A stretch of DNA of 35,607 nt. Origin: a bacterium. Its GTDB lineage: Bacteria; Zhuqueibacterota; Zhuqueibacteria; Oceanimicrobiales; Oceanimicrobiaceae. The position numbers and the translations under genes were made by a program. The notes under the pieces were generated by a model that did no database searches, had not been told where the DNA came from, and worked only from the letters and a program-made list of their open reading frames with translations. The DNA lies in NCBI GenBank assembly GCA_046757025.1, contig JBHHXN010000040.1, positions 1-35,607 on the forward strand. The letters are read 5' to 3'. Of this stretch, positions 18,275 to 28,826 are shown piece by piece (position 1 is the first letter of the stretch; each line of letters starts with the position of its first letter).

Positions 18275-19183
18275 GTGACCATGCGATCTAAATCCTTTCA
18301 TAAAAAGTATTTGTTGTTGTCCATGATTTTTCATCTTCTCCTGTTCAGCATCTGGGCGGGAATGGTGCGATTCAACATTTGGGACACGCACACACCTTTG
18401 GACGATTTGGCCGAGAAGGCGCCGATCGTATTTGAATTGCAGGCGGACGAAAAATTTCCCGAAGTAGTGGAAACGCCGGAGGATACCAGGCTGAAAGACT
18501 TTCAGAAAGAGGCTGAGTTAGCTTCGGACAAAAATGCCGCTGCCAGAAATTCGGAAGCCGACCCCAATCTCGATTTAGGCGAGGCTTTTTTAAAAGGGGA
18601 GTTTGAGTTCAGGGAATTGCCACAAAACCAGACGCCGCTGGGTGGACCGGTCCCAGCCGCGCAAAATGAAGTTCCGAATGAAGCCGGGAAGAAAGAGGAA
18701 TTTCAGGATGAAAATGCCACGGAAATTTTTGCAACCAACGGCGGCGACAAATTCAGCAAAGAATACTTGACAGATAAAAATTACCCGCAGCAAGCCGGCC
18801 AACGTCTCCCGAAGGGCCAATATGACAACCAGGAGTCCCGAGCTGAGGAGATGGGTGGTTTTTCATTCAACACTTATGATTGGGACTTTGCGCCCTACAT
18901 GCTGGTTTTGAAAAAGAAGGTTGAAGGGAATATTTTTCCGCCACCGGCGTTTATGAGATTGGGAATCATCAGTGGTACGACATTTTTAAAGTTTAAAATT
19001 TACCCGAATGGCGAATTAAAAGATCTGGAGCTGTTAAAATATGAAGGGCATGAATCGTTGATGCAAACCAGCATGCGCGCCATAGAAATATCCGCGCCGT
19101 TTGCGCAATTGCCTTCAAACTTTCCAGAAGCCTATTTAGAAGTCACAGCAAAATTTCATTATTCAATATCAAGACAACCTTAA
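18275..19183 (+). CDS. TonB/TolA-like energy transducer
   Basis: N-terminal TM with S-x3-H motif (SMIFH), acidic/Pro-rich linker and a TonB-C-like domain; lies upstream of exbBD. Confidence 0.65.
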   Translation: MTMRSKSFHKKYLLLSMIFHLLLFSIWAGMVRFNIWDTHTPLDDLAEKAPIVFELQADEKFPEVVETPEDTRLKDFQKEAELASDKNAAARNSEADPNLDLGEAFLKGEFEFRELPQNQTPLGGPVPAAQNEVPNEAGKKEEFQDENATEIFATNGGDKFSKEYLTDKNYPQQAGQRLPKGQYDNQESRAEEMGGFSFNTYDWDFAPYMLVLKKKVEGNIFPPPAFMRLGIISGTTFLKFKIYPNGELKDLELLKYEGHESLMQTSMRAIEISAPFAQLPSNFPEAYLEVTAKFHYSISRQP

Positions 19184-19199
19184 TTTAGAAAGGATCGAT

Positions 19200-19850
19200 A
19201 TGGAAGAAGTCTGGCAATTTCTGGTAAAAGGCGGTATTATTATGATTCCGCTGGCCATTTCCTCAATATTGGGATTGGCGATAGTTATAGAAAAACTTTT
19301 TTCTCTGCAGAGGAAAAAAGTGATTATCCCCGAAGTGGTGTCCGTGTTAGATAACATCAAAGGGCCGGATGATATCGGTCTGGCGCTGTCCATATGCGAA
19401 CAGCACGAGGGGCCATTTTCAAACATCATTCGTGTTGCCCTGGAAAACCGCGATTTGTCCCGGGAAGAAATTAAGGAAGAGCTGGTGGATCAGGGGCGGC
19501 AGGAGGTGCGGACGCTGGAACGCGGTTTGGTCATCATCGAAACCGTGGCCGGCATTGCCCCGTTGCTCGGTTTGTTGGGAACGGTAATCGGTATTCTCAA
19601 AGTGTTTAACGTGATTTCAACTCTGGGCGTGGGGCAGGCAGCTGCGCTTTCCGGCGGCATTTCAGAAGCCCTCATCACCACCATTGTCGGTCTGTCCATC
19701 GGAATTCCCGCGCTGGTGGTTTATAATTATTTTACCAACCGCGCCGAAGATCTGGTTCTGGAAATCGAAAAGTATTCATCGGCACTGTTAAAAAAGGTCA
19801 CTTCTTTTCAATCAAATAGCAAGGTGGAAGCGGATGCAATTCAAAGTTAA
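19200..19850 (+). CDS. exbB: MotA/TolQ/ExbB proton channel
   Basis: APLLGLLGTVIGI, GISEALITT. Confidence 0.85.
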   Translation: MEEVWQFLVKGGIIMIPLAISSILGLAIVIEKLFSLQRKKVIIPEVVSVLDNIKGPDDIGLALSICEQHEGPFSNIIRVALENRDLSREEIKEELVDQGRQEVRTLERGLVIIETVAGIAPLLGLLGTVIGILKVFNVISTLGVGQAAALSGGISEALITTIVGLSIGIPALVVYNYFTNRAEDLVLEIEKYSSALLKKVTSFQSNSKVEADAIQS

Positions 19851-20235
19851 ACAAAAACGAAAAGTGTTTCTCAACATCACGTCGTTGATCGACGTGCTGT
19901 TTTTGCTGCTGATTTTTTTCATGGTTTCATCGACTTTTTTGGAGCAGCCGGGAATCAAATTGGAGCTGCCGCACGCACAAAGCGCGGTGATTGCTGAGCA
20001 GAAAGATTTTACTTTGTTTGTTGACAAAGACGGAAAAATGTTTTTAAACGAGGATGAAGTGGATATGGAAAAGCTAAAGGAACAGTTGCAGCAGGTTTTA
20101 CCTAATTTGGTGGATGGTGCGCTCATATTGAAAGCCGATCAGGACGTGTCACATGGAATCATCGTGCACGTGATGGATATCGCGAAACAAAGCGGCGTCA
20201 AGAAGCTGATCATCGGTACCAAATTAGAGGAATAA
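19834..20235 (+). CDS. exbD: ExbD/TolR biopolymer transport protein
   Basis: NITSLIDVLFLLLIFFMV; ILKAD; VMD. Confidence 0.88.
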   Translation: MQFKVKQKRKVFLNITSLIDVLFLLLIFFMVSSTFLEQPGIKLELPHAQSAVIAEQKDFTLFVDKDGKMFLNEDEVDMEKLKEQLQQVLPNLVDGALILKADQDVSHGIIVHVMDIAKQSGVKKLIIGTKLEE

Positions 20236-20249
20236 ATAAAAACAATTAC

Positions 20250-20278
20250 TTGCATTTTTTGATTTTTTTTTGTATTAT
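20250..20278 (+). promoter_or_regulatory. Putative sigma70 promoter of rpmB
   Basis: TTGCAT-17 nt-TATTAT. Confidence 0.6.
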
Positions 20279-20340
20279 GGCAGTCGTTATTTTTTAGGCA
20301 AAGAGACTATTATTTTTGGAATTGAAATAGGAGAATGATT

Positions 20341-20532
20341 GTGGCAAAAAGGTGCGAAATTTGTGGCAAAGGCCCGATGGTTGGGAATAACGTCAGCCAT
20401 GCTCATAATTTGACCAAACGGCGCTGGCTACCCAATTTAAAGAAAATACGCGCCCAGATTGATGGTCAGGTTAAGCGAATAAAAGTCTGTACAAACTGCA
20501 TCAAAAGTGGACGCGTGGTCAAAGCGGCTTAG
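20341..20532 (+). CDS. rpmB: 50S ribosomal protein L28 (Zn-ribbon form)
   Basis: [19 protein letters not shown]...TKRRWLPNL...CTNC; GTG start 7 nt after AGGAGA. Confidence 0.95.
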   Translation: MAKRCEICGKGPMVGNNVSHAHNLTKRRWLPNLKKIRAQIDGQVKRIKVCTNCIKSGRVVKAA

Positions 20533-20568
20533 TGACTGATACCGAGCTGCTGCATCAAGGTTGGGGGA

Positions 20569-21744
20569 TTAAACTTTTCTTCTTAAATAAGCTGGCACAT
20601 CGTAGTCCTCATTGTTTTCTGTATCCGTTTTTTCTTCCGTAATTTGCTCATCAACGCTATCGGAGACCGCTCTTGGCGGCATGCGTTTAAAGGCCGGAAT
20701 ATCCAGATCATTCATGAAACTCTCCTGGATTTCCAGATAGCGCTTGCGGCCGTTGCCATTCAGCCCGCCGAATCGGCCGTTGCGGTTGAATCCCGTGGCG
20801 ATGACCGTCACTCGCAGCTCCTGCTCCATGCCCGGATCGATAACCGCGCCGAAGATCAAATTGGCCTCCGTACCTGCGGCCTCGGAAATGACCGAAGTGG
20901 CGTCGTTGACTTCATGCAGCGTCATATTCTCGCCCCCCGTCACATTCACGAGCACACCCAACGCCCCTTGAATATTTACATCCTCCAGCAGCGGACTGGC
21001 AATGGCCTGCTGGGCGGCTTCCAAAGAGCGATGTTCACCGGAGGCCACACCGGAGCTCATCAGTGCGTCGCCCATTTCCGACATGACGGTTTTGACATCG
21101 GCAAAATCCAGGTTGATCAGGCCGGGAATGGCGATTAAATCTGAAATGCCTTTGGTGGCCTGCAGCAACACTTCATCGGCAATTTTAAACGCCGAATTCA
21201 GCGGCGTGTCTTTGGGCACCACCGATAGCAGCCGCTGATTGGGGATCACAATCAAAGTATCCACCCGTTCCTTTAATTCATAGATGCCGTCGTCAGCCCG
21301 GCGCTGTCTTTTAGGACCTTCGAATTGAAATGGTTTGGTCACGATGCCGACGGTTAGCGCCCCCAAATCTTTGGCGATTTCCGCAACGATGGGCGCGGCG
21401 CCGGTACCGGTGCCACCGCCCATGCCAGCCGTGACAAATATCATGTCGGCATCGGAGAGTGCTTCGTACACCGATTCCCGGTCTTCTTCGATGGCTTTGC
21501 GGCCGATTTCGGGATTGGCTCCGGCTCCCAGGCCTTTGGTCAAATCGCGGCCGACCTGAACACGACTGGTGGCTTTGCACAAATTCAAGGCTTGCAGATC
21601 GGTATTTACGGCAATGAATTCGACCCCGTTTAAATTGGCTTCGATCATTCTGTTTATAGCATTGTTGCCGGCCCCCCCAACTCCAACGACTTTCATTTTG
21701 GCCGTCGAAGTCATATTTTCTTCAAAATCAAATCTGATATTCAT
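20569..21744 (-). CDS. ftsZ: Cell division protein FtsZ
   Basis: GGGTGTG tubulin signature; NLDFADV; C-terminal DVPAYLRR. Confidence 0.98.
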   Translation of the reverse strand: MNIRFDFEENMTSTAKMKVVGVGGAGNNAINRMIEANLNGVEFIAVNTDLQALNLCKATSRVQVGRDLTKGLGAGANPEIGRKAIEEDRESVYEALSDADMIFVTAGMGGGTGTGAAPIVAEIAKDLGALTVGIVTKPFQFEGPKRQRRADDGIYELKERVDTLIVIPNQRLLSVVPKDTPLNSAFKIADEVLLQATKGISDLIAIPGLINLDFADVKTVMSEMGDALMSSGVASGEHRSLEAAQQAIASPLLEDVNIQGALGVLVNVTGGENMTLHEVNDATSVISEAAGTEANLIFGAVIDPGMEQELRVTVIATGFNRNGRFGGLNGNGRKRYLEIQESFMNDLDIPAFKRMPPRAVSDSVDEQITEEKTDTENNEDYDVPAYLRRKV

Positions 21745-21796
21745 GGTTTACTCCTGATTTAATTTTCCTGTTTGACTTTCCCTTTTTGAAAATTTG

Positions 21797-23041
21797 TTAA
21801 TGATTAAATCTTTGAATGCTGCCGATCCAGCGGCGCATGCGCCCGATTATCCATTTAAACACATTGTGTTCATCTTTTTTTAGAAGATCATTTGCTTCGA
21901 ATTTGTGGTGGATACCGTAATGAACCAGTCCCACGCCGGTGGCGTGAATGGGACTCTGAGCCAGGTCTTTCAAACCGTTAAAATTACCGGGCACACCCAG
22001 CTTCACCGGCATGTCGAATATTTCTTCGGCCAGCTCCACGGTTCCGTTGAGCATGGAGCCGCCGCCGGTCAGCACCAGTCCCGACGTCATCAAATGCACA
22101 TAGTTCGATTTTTTGATTTCGCGATAAGCCAGACTCAGTATTTCCTCCATGCGCGGTTGGATGATGTCCACTAAATAGGCCTTGGAAATGCGCCGGGGTG
22201 CGCGGCCGCCCACGTCGGGCACTTCAATAGTTTGATCGCGGTCGCCGGGTTTATGAATGGCGCAGCCGTTGTGGATTTTAATCAACTCTGCCTGGTCCAC
22301 GGGTGTGCGAAAGCCGATAGCGATGTCGTTTGTGACGTTTTTACCACCGAGTCCCACCACCGCGGTGTGACGGATGCATCCTTCAAAAAACATGGCGATA
22401 TCGGTGGTGCCGCCGCCCAGGTCCATGACGATCACGCCCAGCTCTTTTTCGTCTTCACCCAGAACCGCATAACTGGAAGCCAGAGGCTCCAAAACCAGGT
22501 CCATCACATGAATGCCGGCGCGATCGATGCTGCGATAGATGTTTTGCGCCGAGGTGACGGCTCCGGTGACGATGTGTACCTCCGCTTCCAATCTCACGCC
22601 GGACATCCCTACCGGTTCTTTGATACCGTGCTGATCATCGACGGTGAACTCCTGAGGCAGAATGTGCAGAATTTCTCTATCGATGGGCAGCGCCACTGCT
22701 TTGGCCGCATCGATGACCCGGCGCACGTCGGCTTTGGTGATCTCGTTATCCGGTCCGGCAACCGCCACCACGCCGCGGCCATTGATGCTGCGTATGTGGT
22801 CGCCTGCGATGCCAGCAAAGACTTCTTTGATTTGCACGCCAGCCATTCGTTCGGCTTCTTCGAGCGCGTTTTGGATGGAGCGTACGGTTTTGTCTAAATT
22901 GACGACCACACCCCGTCTCAGGCCGTCTGAAGGACTGGTGCCCACCCCGATGATGGTGGGATCCATGTCCTCGTTGACTTCCGCGATAATGGCCCCGATT
23001 TTAGTAGTTCCAATATCAAGTCCAGTTACATACTCTGGCAT
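21797..23041 (-). CDS. ftsA: Cell division protein FtsA
   Basis: GLDIGTTK, PVGMSGVRLE, DLGGGTTD; amphipathic C-terminal helix. Confidence 0.97.
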   Translation of the reverse strand: MPEYVTGLDIGTTKIGAIIAEVNEDMDPTIIGVGTSPSDGLRRGVVVNLDKTVRSIQNALEEAERMAGVQIKEVFAGIAGDHIRSINGRGVVAVAGPDNEITKADVRRVIDAAKAVALPIDREILHILPQEFTVDDQHGIKEPVGMSGVRLEAEVHIVTGAVTSAQNIYRSIDRAGIHVMDLVLEPLASSYAVLGEDEKELGVIVMDLGGGTTDIAMFFEGCIRHTAVVGLGGKNVTNDIAIGFRTPVDQAELIKIHNGCAIHKPGDRDQTIEVPDVGGRAPRRISKAYLVDIIQPRMEEILSLAYREIKKSNYVHLMTSGLVLTGGGSMLNGTVELAEEIFDMPVKLGVPGNFNGLKDLAQSPIHATGVGLVHYGIHHKFEANDLLKKDEHNVFKWIIGRMRRWIGSIQRFNH

Positions 23042-23080
23042 TTAATTTATACCTCCTTTAGAACCACCGCTGATGGTGAA

Positions 23081-23869
23081 TTAGCTTTGAATAGCATTTT
23101 TTACGACAACCTGTCCTTCAAACCGCAAATCTAAATATTCGATTTCAGACCATTTTTTTTCCTGATCTAAAATGTTCAGTACTTCCTGTAGATTGTGGCC
23201 TTTTGTCCGGTAATCATTTTCTCCCATAAAAACCGGTATGGCGCCTTGCGCCAGGTAGCAGTACACCCCGTATTTAGGGGAATAGGATATTTCAGAGATT
23301 TCGCTGTAAAAAGTGAACTGGTGCTCCTTGATTTCTTTTAAAAATCCCAGAATGATGGCCAGCTCATTGTTTGGCGCGCTGCTATCGTCCACTTCGCTGA
23401 TATGTGAGATGATGGGATAATCGTGCAGCATGCTCAGACGATACTTTGTGAAGATGTTGCCGTTTTCATCGATGGGAAATAACGTCGATTTGTTTAGCAG
23501 GGCAATGGGCTCGTTTTCCACGACCTCGATAACGATGCTCGACGGCAACCGCCGGCTGACTTCGGCACGGTTTATCAACGGATGCTGCTCCACGCTTTTT
23601 TTGATTCTACTCAGATCGATATTGAAAATATTTTTTGATGAATCGACGGCCACCAGACTTAACACTTCAGTGTCCGAAAGCAGCCGATTGCCCTCTACTT
23701 TCATTTCTTTGAATTTCAGCACTTCGTTTGCGATCATCCAGGCGGAGAATTTCAAAATTAAAAGCGTGGTGGTGGTGAGGATTAAAAATAACCAGCCCAA
23801 CCCACGCAGGGTGATGAGTCTTGCGTTGGTTTTTTTGTGAAGCGTGCCGTATTTTGAGTAAACCATCAT
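23081..23869 (-). CDS. ftsQ: Cell division protein FtsQ/DivIB
   Basis: Single TM, POTRA domain (V.GN..LS...V; P.I..AEVSRRLP), C-terminal YLDLRFEGQVVV; upstream of ftsA. Confidence 0.9.
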   Translation of the reverse strand: MMVYSKYGTLHKKTNARLITLRGLGWLFLILTTTTLLILKFSAWMIANEVLKFKEMKVEGNRLLSDTEVLSLVAVDSSKNIFNIDLSRIKKSVEQHPLINRAEVSRRLPSSIVIEVVENEPIALLNKSTLFPIDENGNIFTKYRLSMLHDYPIISHISEVDDSSAPNNELAIILGFLKEIKEHQFTFYSEISEISYSPKYGVYCYLAQGAIPVFMGENDYRTKGHNLQEVLNILDQEKKWSEIEYLDLRFEGQVVVKNAIQS

Positions 23870-23900
23870 TTTGTATGTTTCTGATTAAGAATTAAGCAAA

Positions 23901-25007
23901 TCATTGAATTAGCGTGGCAATTTTATCCATGATGTCGCGCGCGGCGTGCGGCCTGGCCAATTTTAGTGCCGCCGCAGACATGGCCGTTCGTTTCTGGGGA
24001 TCGTCTAAAAGTTCTGCCACCGTTTGAGTTAATGTTTCTGCGTTTAAATTTTTTTCCAGAATCATGATGGCGGCGCCCACCTGCTCCATGGTGCGAGCGT
24101 TAAATTCCTGGTGGCCGGCTGCCGCATAGGGGTACGGAATCAAAATCGCTGGTAAGCCGCAGATGGCGATTTCTGCCAGGGCCGAAGCGCCCGCCCGGCA
24201 AAGAACCAGGTCCGCGGCAGCATACGCCGCACCCATGTCTTCGATGAAAGCCAGGGCACGCACCCGTTCCTGGAATTTTTCACATCGGGTTTTGATGTCC
24301 GACAAATCTTTGGCTCCGGAGGCCCAGAGAATTTGGAGATCTTTTAATTTCATCAGAGATTCAAGGCTCTCTAACACTTGTCTATTTATGGCATATGCCC
24401 CCTGACTACCGCCGAATATGAGCAGGGTGGTTTTATTCATATTTAATTGAAATTTTTTCAACGCCGCGGTTTTGTCCAGTTTGGAGATTTCACCGCGCGA
24501 AGGATTGCCGCTCACGAATACATTTTTTTGTTTTTTAAAATGCGATTCAGAAGCCTCGTAGGTTAGGTGAACCTGATTTACCCGGTTGCCGAGCACTCGG
24601 TTGACCAGTCCCGGATAGCTGTTCTGCTCTTGAATGACGGTGGGTATGCCGAAAGCCAGACCCATCATGAGCGCCGGCCCACTCACGTAACCACCGGTGC
24701 CGACAACCACGTGGGGTCGGAAGCGCAGCAGGTAAAATGCGCACTGTAAAAGGCTCACCAGCAGGCGCAGCGGGAACATCAGATTGCTGAAACTGATTTT
24801 ACGCTGCAAGCCGCGCATCCATATTTTTTTGAAAATGTAGGACGTTTGGGGAAGTACTTTGCTTTCGATCCCGTATGACGTCCCGATAAACATGATTTCT
24901 GTTTTCATTCTTTTTTCAAACTCCTGTGCCAGCGCGATGGCCGGATACAGATGCCCGCCGGTGCCACCGCCAGCAAAAAGTACTCTAATGACGCCGGAGC
25001 TGCCCAT
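23901..25007 (-). CDS. murG: Lipid II N-acetylglucosaminyltransferase MurG
   Basis: GGGTGGHLYP, GTGGYVS, EQN, GGSQGA, RAGAS, HQEFNA. Confidence 0.97.
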   Translation of the reverse strand: MGSSGVIRVLFAGGGTGGHLYPAIALAQEFEKRMKTEIMFIGTSYGIESKVLPQTSYIFKKIWMRGLQRKISFSNLMFPLRLLVSLLQCAFYLLRFRPHVVVGTGGYVSGPALMMGLAFGIPTVIQEQNSYPGLVNRVLGNRVNQVHLTYEASESHFKKQKNVFVSGNPSRGEISKLDKTAALKKFQLNMNKTTLLIFGGSQGAYAINRQVLESLESLMKLKDLQILWASGAKDLSDIKTRCEKFQERVRALAFIEDMGAAYAAADLVLCRAGASALAEIAICGLPAILIPYPYAAAGHQEFNARTMEQVGAAIMILEKNLNAETLTQTVAELLDDPQKRTAMSAAALKLARPHAARDIMDKIATLIQ

Positions 25008-26160
25008 AACCACCCGATGGATGATTGCTTTGATAGCGGTTTTTTTTGCGATACAAACGACTTCGTTCTCGAAGCTGTAATGTGATATTCAGGAGAATTC
25101 CCATGCCGAACAAGTTCACGATGAGCGCGGATCCGCCATAGCTCAGAAAAGGCATGGGGAGGCCGGTCGTGGGCAATAGATTGACCACCACGCCGGCGTT
25201 GGCAATGGCGTAGATGGCGATGTTCAAAACAATGCCCACGCCCAGTAGTTTGCCCGCCGGCTCCGGCATTTGCATGGATAATTTGAATCCACGCCAGATC
25301 AAAATACTAAAGAGGAGTAGGATGGCGAGGGTTCCCACCAGCCCCAGCTCCTCGCCGATGATGGCGTAGATAAAATCGGTAAAAGGGTCGGGCAAAAAGT
25401 GATATTTCTGCCGGCCGCTGCCCAAGCCCAGCCCCCAAAAACTGCCGTTACCCAGCGCGATGAGCGATTGTTGAATCTGCCAGCTCACATCCTCGCCTTT
25501 GAGGGAGGCGAGGTACTGCAGCACCCTTTGTTTCTGATAGCTGTTTTGAGATAACATCATTAAAAAAGCCGGAAATATGGTAAAGCAGAGCAGAAAAAGA
25601 TAGCGCAGTTTGTCGCCGGCGATAAAAATCAACGTCAAGGCGATCAGAATGATCAAAGTGGCAGTACCGACATCCGGCTGAAAAAAGAGGGGGAAAACCA
25701 TGACACCGATGATGCCGAGATTTAAAAAGAAGCGGTTTTCAGCATTTTGATGAATAAATAATTGCCGTCCTAAAGTGGCGCTCAAAAAGAGAATCAATCC
25801 GATGCGCGCAAAATCAGAAGGTTGAACTTGAAATGCCCCGATTGTGAGCCAGCGCTTGCTACCTCGAATGGCTTCCACGCCGGGCGCAACCACCAGATAA
25901 ATTAACGCCAGTAAGGTCAAAAATAACAGTCCGGGCGATATTTTTAACCACAAATGGTAATCGATGCGCGAAACGATCAACATCAGAAAAAAACCAAACA
26001 AGACCTTGTAAAAATGACTGGTTAAAAAATAACGACTGTCCTTGTGGGTTTCCAGAGCTTTGAAAGAGCTGGCGCTGTAAACCATCACCACTCCCAGCAC
26101 CAGAAGCACCACCACCACGATAAAAAGGGTCGAATCAAATTTGAAGGTGTTTTCAAACAT
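24985..26160 (-). CDS. ftsW: SEDS peptidoglycan polymerase FtsW
   Basis: Multi-TM; MVYSAS, QPSD, QPDVGT, TDFIYAIIGEELG, MPFLSYGGS. Confidence 0.93.
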   Translation of the reverse strand: MFENTFKFDSTLFIVVVVLLVLGVVMVYSASSFKALETHKDSRYFLTSHFYKVLFGFFLMLIVSRIDYHLWLKISPGLLFLTLLALIYLVVAPGVEAIRGSKRWLTIGAFQVQPSDFARIGLILFLSATLGRQLFIHQNAENRFFLNLGIIGVMVFPLFFQPDVGTATLIILIALTLIFIAGDKLRYLFLLCFTIFPAFLMMLSQNSYQKQRVLQYLASLKGEDVSWQIQQSLIALGNGSFWGLGLGSGRQKYHFLPDPFTDFIYAIIGEELGLVGTLAILLLFSILIWRGFKLSMQMPEPAGKLLGVGIVLNIAIYAIANAGVVVNLLPTTGLPMPFLSYGGSALIVNLFGMGILLNITLQLRERSRLYRKKNRYQSNHPSGGYGQLRRH

Positions 26161-26168
26161 AAACGTAC

Positions 26169-27254
26169 TCAACGAATTTTAAAAGTACTAAGACTGAACA
26201 GCACCAGTAAGATGGCGATGATCCAGAACCGCACCACCACTTTCGGCTCGGCCCAGCCGGATAATTCAAAGTGATGATGGATGGGCGCCATTTTAAACAG
26301 CCGTTTGCCCGTTCGTTTGAAATACAAAACCTGAATGATAACGGACAGACTCTCAGCCACAAACACGCCGCCAATGATGATCAGCAGCAGTTCCTTTTTT
26401 AATAAAATGGCCAGGGTGCCGACGGCGCTGCCCAGGGACAAGGCGCCGGTGTCGCCCATGAACACCTGTGCCGGGTGAGCATTGTACCAGAGAAATCCCA
26501 GCGCGCCTCCCACCAGAGCCGCACAGTAAACCGTGAGCTCGCCTGCCCCATCCAGATAAATGATGTTCAGATAATCGCTGAAATCCACGCGACCGGAAAC
26601 ATACGCGATGGCGGCCCAGGCCAAACCGGAAATGCCGATCAAACCGATGGCGAGGCCATCTAATCCGTCCGTAAGATTGACGGCGTTTGAGGTGGCGGTG
26701 ATGACAAATATCACCATAGGAATGTAAAACACTCCGAAATCGATTTCATAGTCCTTAAAAAAAGGCATAGTGCTTAGCGTGTTGATGCCTTCATACCGAG
26801 GTGAAAAATACAGGGTCAGCCCGATAATCGCGCCCAAACTTAATTGGCCCAGAAGCTTGTATCGGGCCACCAAACCTTTGGGGACTTTTTTAACGGATTT
26901 TAAATAATCGTCCACAAAACCAACCACTCCCATCCAAATGGTTGAAATTAGAATGAGCGTAATGTAGATGTTGTCTATTCTTGCCCACAGCAAGGTGGGG
27001 AGCACCACCGCTGCCAGAACGATCAAACCACCCATGGTGGGGGTGCCGGCTTTTTTTAAATGCGACTGGGGTCCGTCTTCGCGAATCTCTTCACCGATTT
27101 GATGCTGCCGCAGTTTTTTGATGATATACGGCCCCACGATAAAACTGATGAGTAAGGCCGTGATCGCGGCCCAGGCAGAGCGAAAGGTGATGTATCGAAA
27201 AAGGTTGAAACCCGAGATGATCTCTCTTAACGGATAAAACAGATAGTAGAACAT
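26169..27254 (-). CDS. mraY: Phospho-N-acetylmuramoyl-pentapeptide transferase MraY
   Basis: GTPTMGG, GFVDD, NAVNLTDGLDGL, VFMGDTG, MAPIHHHFE. Confidence 0.98.
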   Translation of the reverse strand: MFYYLFYPLREIISGFNLFRYITFRSAWAAITALLISFIVGPYIIKKLRQHQIGEEIREDGPQSHLKKAGTPTMGGLIVLAAVVLPTLLWARIDNIYITLILISTIWMGVVGFVDDYLKSVKKVPKGLVARYKLLGQLSLGAIIGLTLYFSPRYEGINTLSTMPFFKDYEIDFGVFYIPMVIFVITATSNAVNLTDGLDGLAIGLIGISGLAWAAIAYVSGRVDFSDYLNIIYLDGAGELTVYCAALVGGALGFLWYNAHPAQVFMGDTGALSLGSAVGTLAILLKKELLLIIIGGVFVAESLSVIIQVLYFKRTGKRLFKMAPIHHHFELSGWAEPKVVVRFWIIAILLVLFSLSTFKIR

Positions 27255-27284
27255 GTCACGATATATAGTTAGTTAATTTTACTA

Positions 27285-27313
27285 AAGATACCATATATTG
27301 AACCAAATGTCAA
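27285..27313 (-). promoter_or_regulatory. Internal sigma70 promoter upstream of mraY
   Basis: Minus strand TTGACA-17 nt-TATCTT with extended -10 TG. Confidence 0.7.
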
Positions 27314-27384
27314 GAAAAATAATCTAAATATCGATTATAGTTGTTTGTTTAAAAAATACTTAACAAGCTTTTTTCAGGAAAAAT

Positions 27385-28791
27385 TCAGCCATGGATTTGA
27401 TCATCCCGCTCTTCCTGCAGCAGCGCTTGGATCACTTCCTCCATTTTCATGCCGCGGGAACCTTTCACCAGCACTAGATCGCCTTTATCGAGATGCGTTT
27501 TCAGGAAACTCACGAGTTCGGCCTTGTCTGTAAAATGCTCAGCAGTGATAACAGGTGTCTTCCTTCTGGCGCTATCCACTGCGGCTGCCGTTTCCGGGCC
27601 AAACGCCAGAAACACCGCCACGCCGAAATCGTTCAGCGCCGCACCGATGCGGGTGTGCTCCGTTTTGGACTGCTGCCCGAGCTCTAACATGTCTCCAAAC
27701 ACAAAGATTTTTTTACCAGCAACCGGGGTATTTTTTAAAATGCTCAATGCCGCCAGCGTCGAGTCCGGATTGGCGTTGTAGCTGTCGTTTAAAATCAACA
27801 TTTTTTCTTTGCGAATGATTTGCATGCGCTTCGATGGCAATTGGACGTTTTCAAGGGCCTGTTTGATGTCGGGCATGTCCACACCGAATTCCAAGCCAAC
27901 AGCCACCGCTGCCAGGGCGTTGGACAGATTGTGCTCACCGGGCATATTCAGCACGATGGTCTGATTTTCTACTCGCATCCCGATGGTCTGTGGATCGTCC
28001 AGGCTTAGCTTTTGCGCTGAAATATCGGCTTCATCCTTGAAGCCGTAAGTGACACAACGGCGCAGCTTCGGTACCTGTTTTGTTATCAAGGCGTCATCCA
28101 AATTGATGAACGCCAGGCCTTCTGGCTGTAAATATTCAAACAACTCTATTTTGGCTCTAGCCACCCCTTCCAGGCTTTGTAGAAATTCCAGATGCCCGTG
28201 CCCGATATTGGTGATCAAGCCACAGGTGGGCGCCGCAATTTCGCACAATTGCCGGATTTCTCCGAAATGGTTCGTGCCCATTTCTAACACCAGCGACTGG
28301 TGCGAAGCACGCAGTTGGAAAAGCGTCAGCGGTACGCCGATATGGTTGTTGAAATTGCCTTCGGTTTTACAAACGTTACCTGACCTGGAAAGCACGGCTG
28401 CGATCATTTCTTTGGTAGTGGTTTTACCGTTGGTGCCCGTCAACCCTAAAATGGGGATGGCGAACTTTTTTCTGTATGCATGTGCCGCCTGTTGCAGCGC
28501 CGTCAGAGTATCCTCCACCGCCAGAAGGGCTTTGCCAGCCAAGTCCTTAGGGTGTTTTTGCCGCCATTTTTTTTCTACCACTGCGGCGATGGCCTGTTTG
28601 TTAAAAATCTCCCGCAAAAATTTGTGCCCATCGTGGTGCTCACCCTTGATGGCAAAATAAAGTTCGCCAGGCTGAATTTCCCGCGAGTCGATGGAGATGC
28701 CGGCGATCACCATTTGCAAAGCTTCCGTTGGACCGGAGTACAGAAATCGGTAGTCCGGGTTGTCGTAGATTTCTTGCAGGGTCAATTTCAT
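27385..28791 (-). CDS. murF: UDP-MurNAc-tripeptide:D-Ala-D-Ala ligase MurF
   Basis: TGTNGKTTTKE, GNFNNHIGVPLT, EMG, NDSYNANP, GDMLELG, LVKGSRG. Confidence 0.95.
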   Translation of the reverse strand: MKLTLQEIYDNPDYRFLYSGPTEALQMVIAGISIDSREIQPGELYFAIKGEHHDGHKFLREIFNKQAIAAVVEKKWRQKHPKDLAGKALLAVEDTLTALQQAAHAYRKKFAIPILGLTGTNGKTTTKEMIAAVLSRSGNVCKTEGNFNNHIGVPLTLFQLRASHQSLVLEMGTNHFGEIRQLCEIAAPTCGLITNIGHGHLEFLQSLEGVARAKIELFEYLQPEGLAFINLDDALITKQVPKLRRCVTYGFKDEADISAQKLSLDDPQTIGMRVENQTIVLNMPGEHNLSNALAAVAVGLEFGVDMPDIKQALENVQLPSKRMQIIRKEKMLILNDSYNANPDSTLAALSILKNTPVAGKKIFVFGDMLELGQQSKTEHTRIGAALNDFGVAVFLAFGPETAAAVDSARRKTPVITAEHFTDKAELVSFLKTHLDKGDLVLVKGSRGMKMEEVIQALLQEERDDQIHG

Positions 28792-28826
28792 GGCATTTTA
28801 TCGTAGATAGCTCAGAAAGCCGCCCC

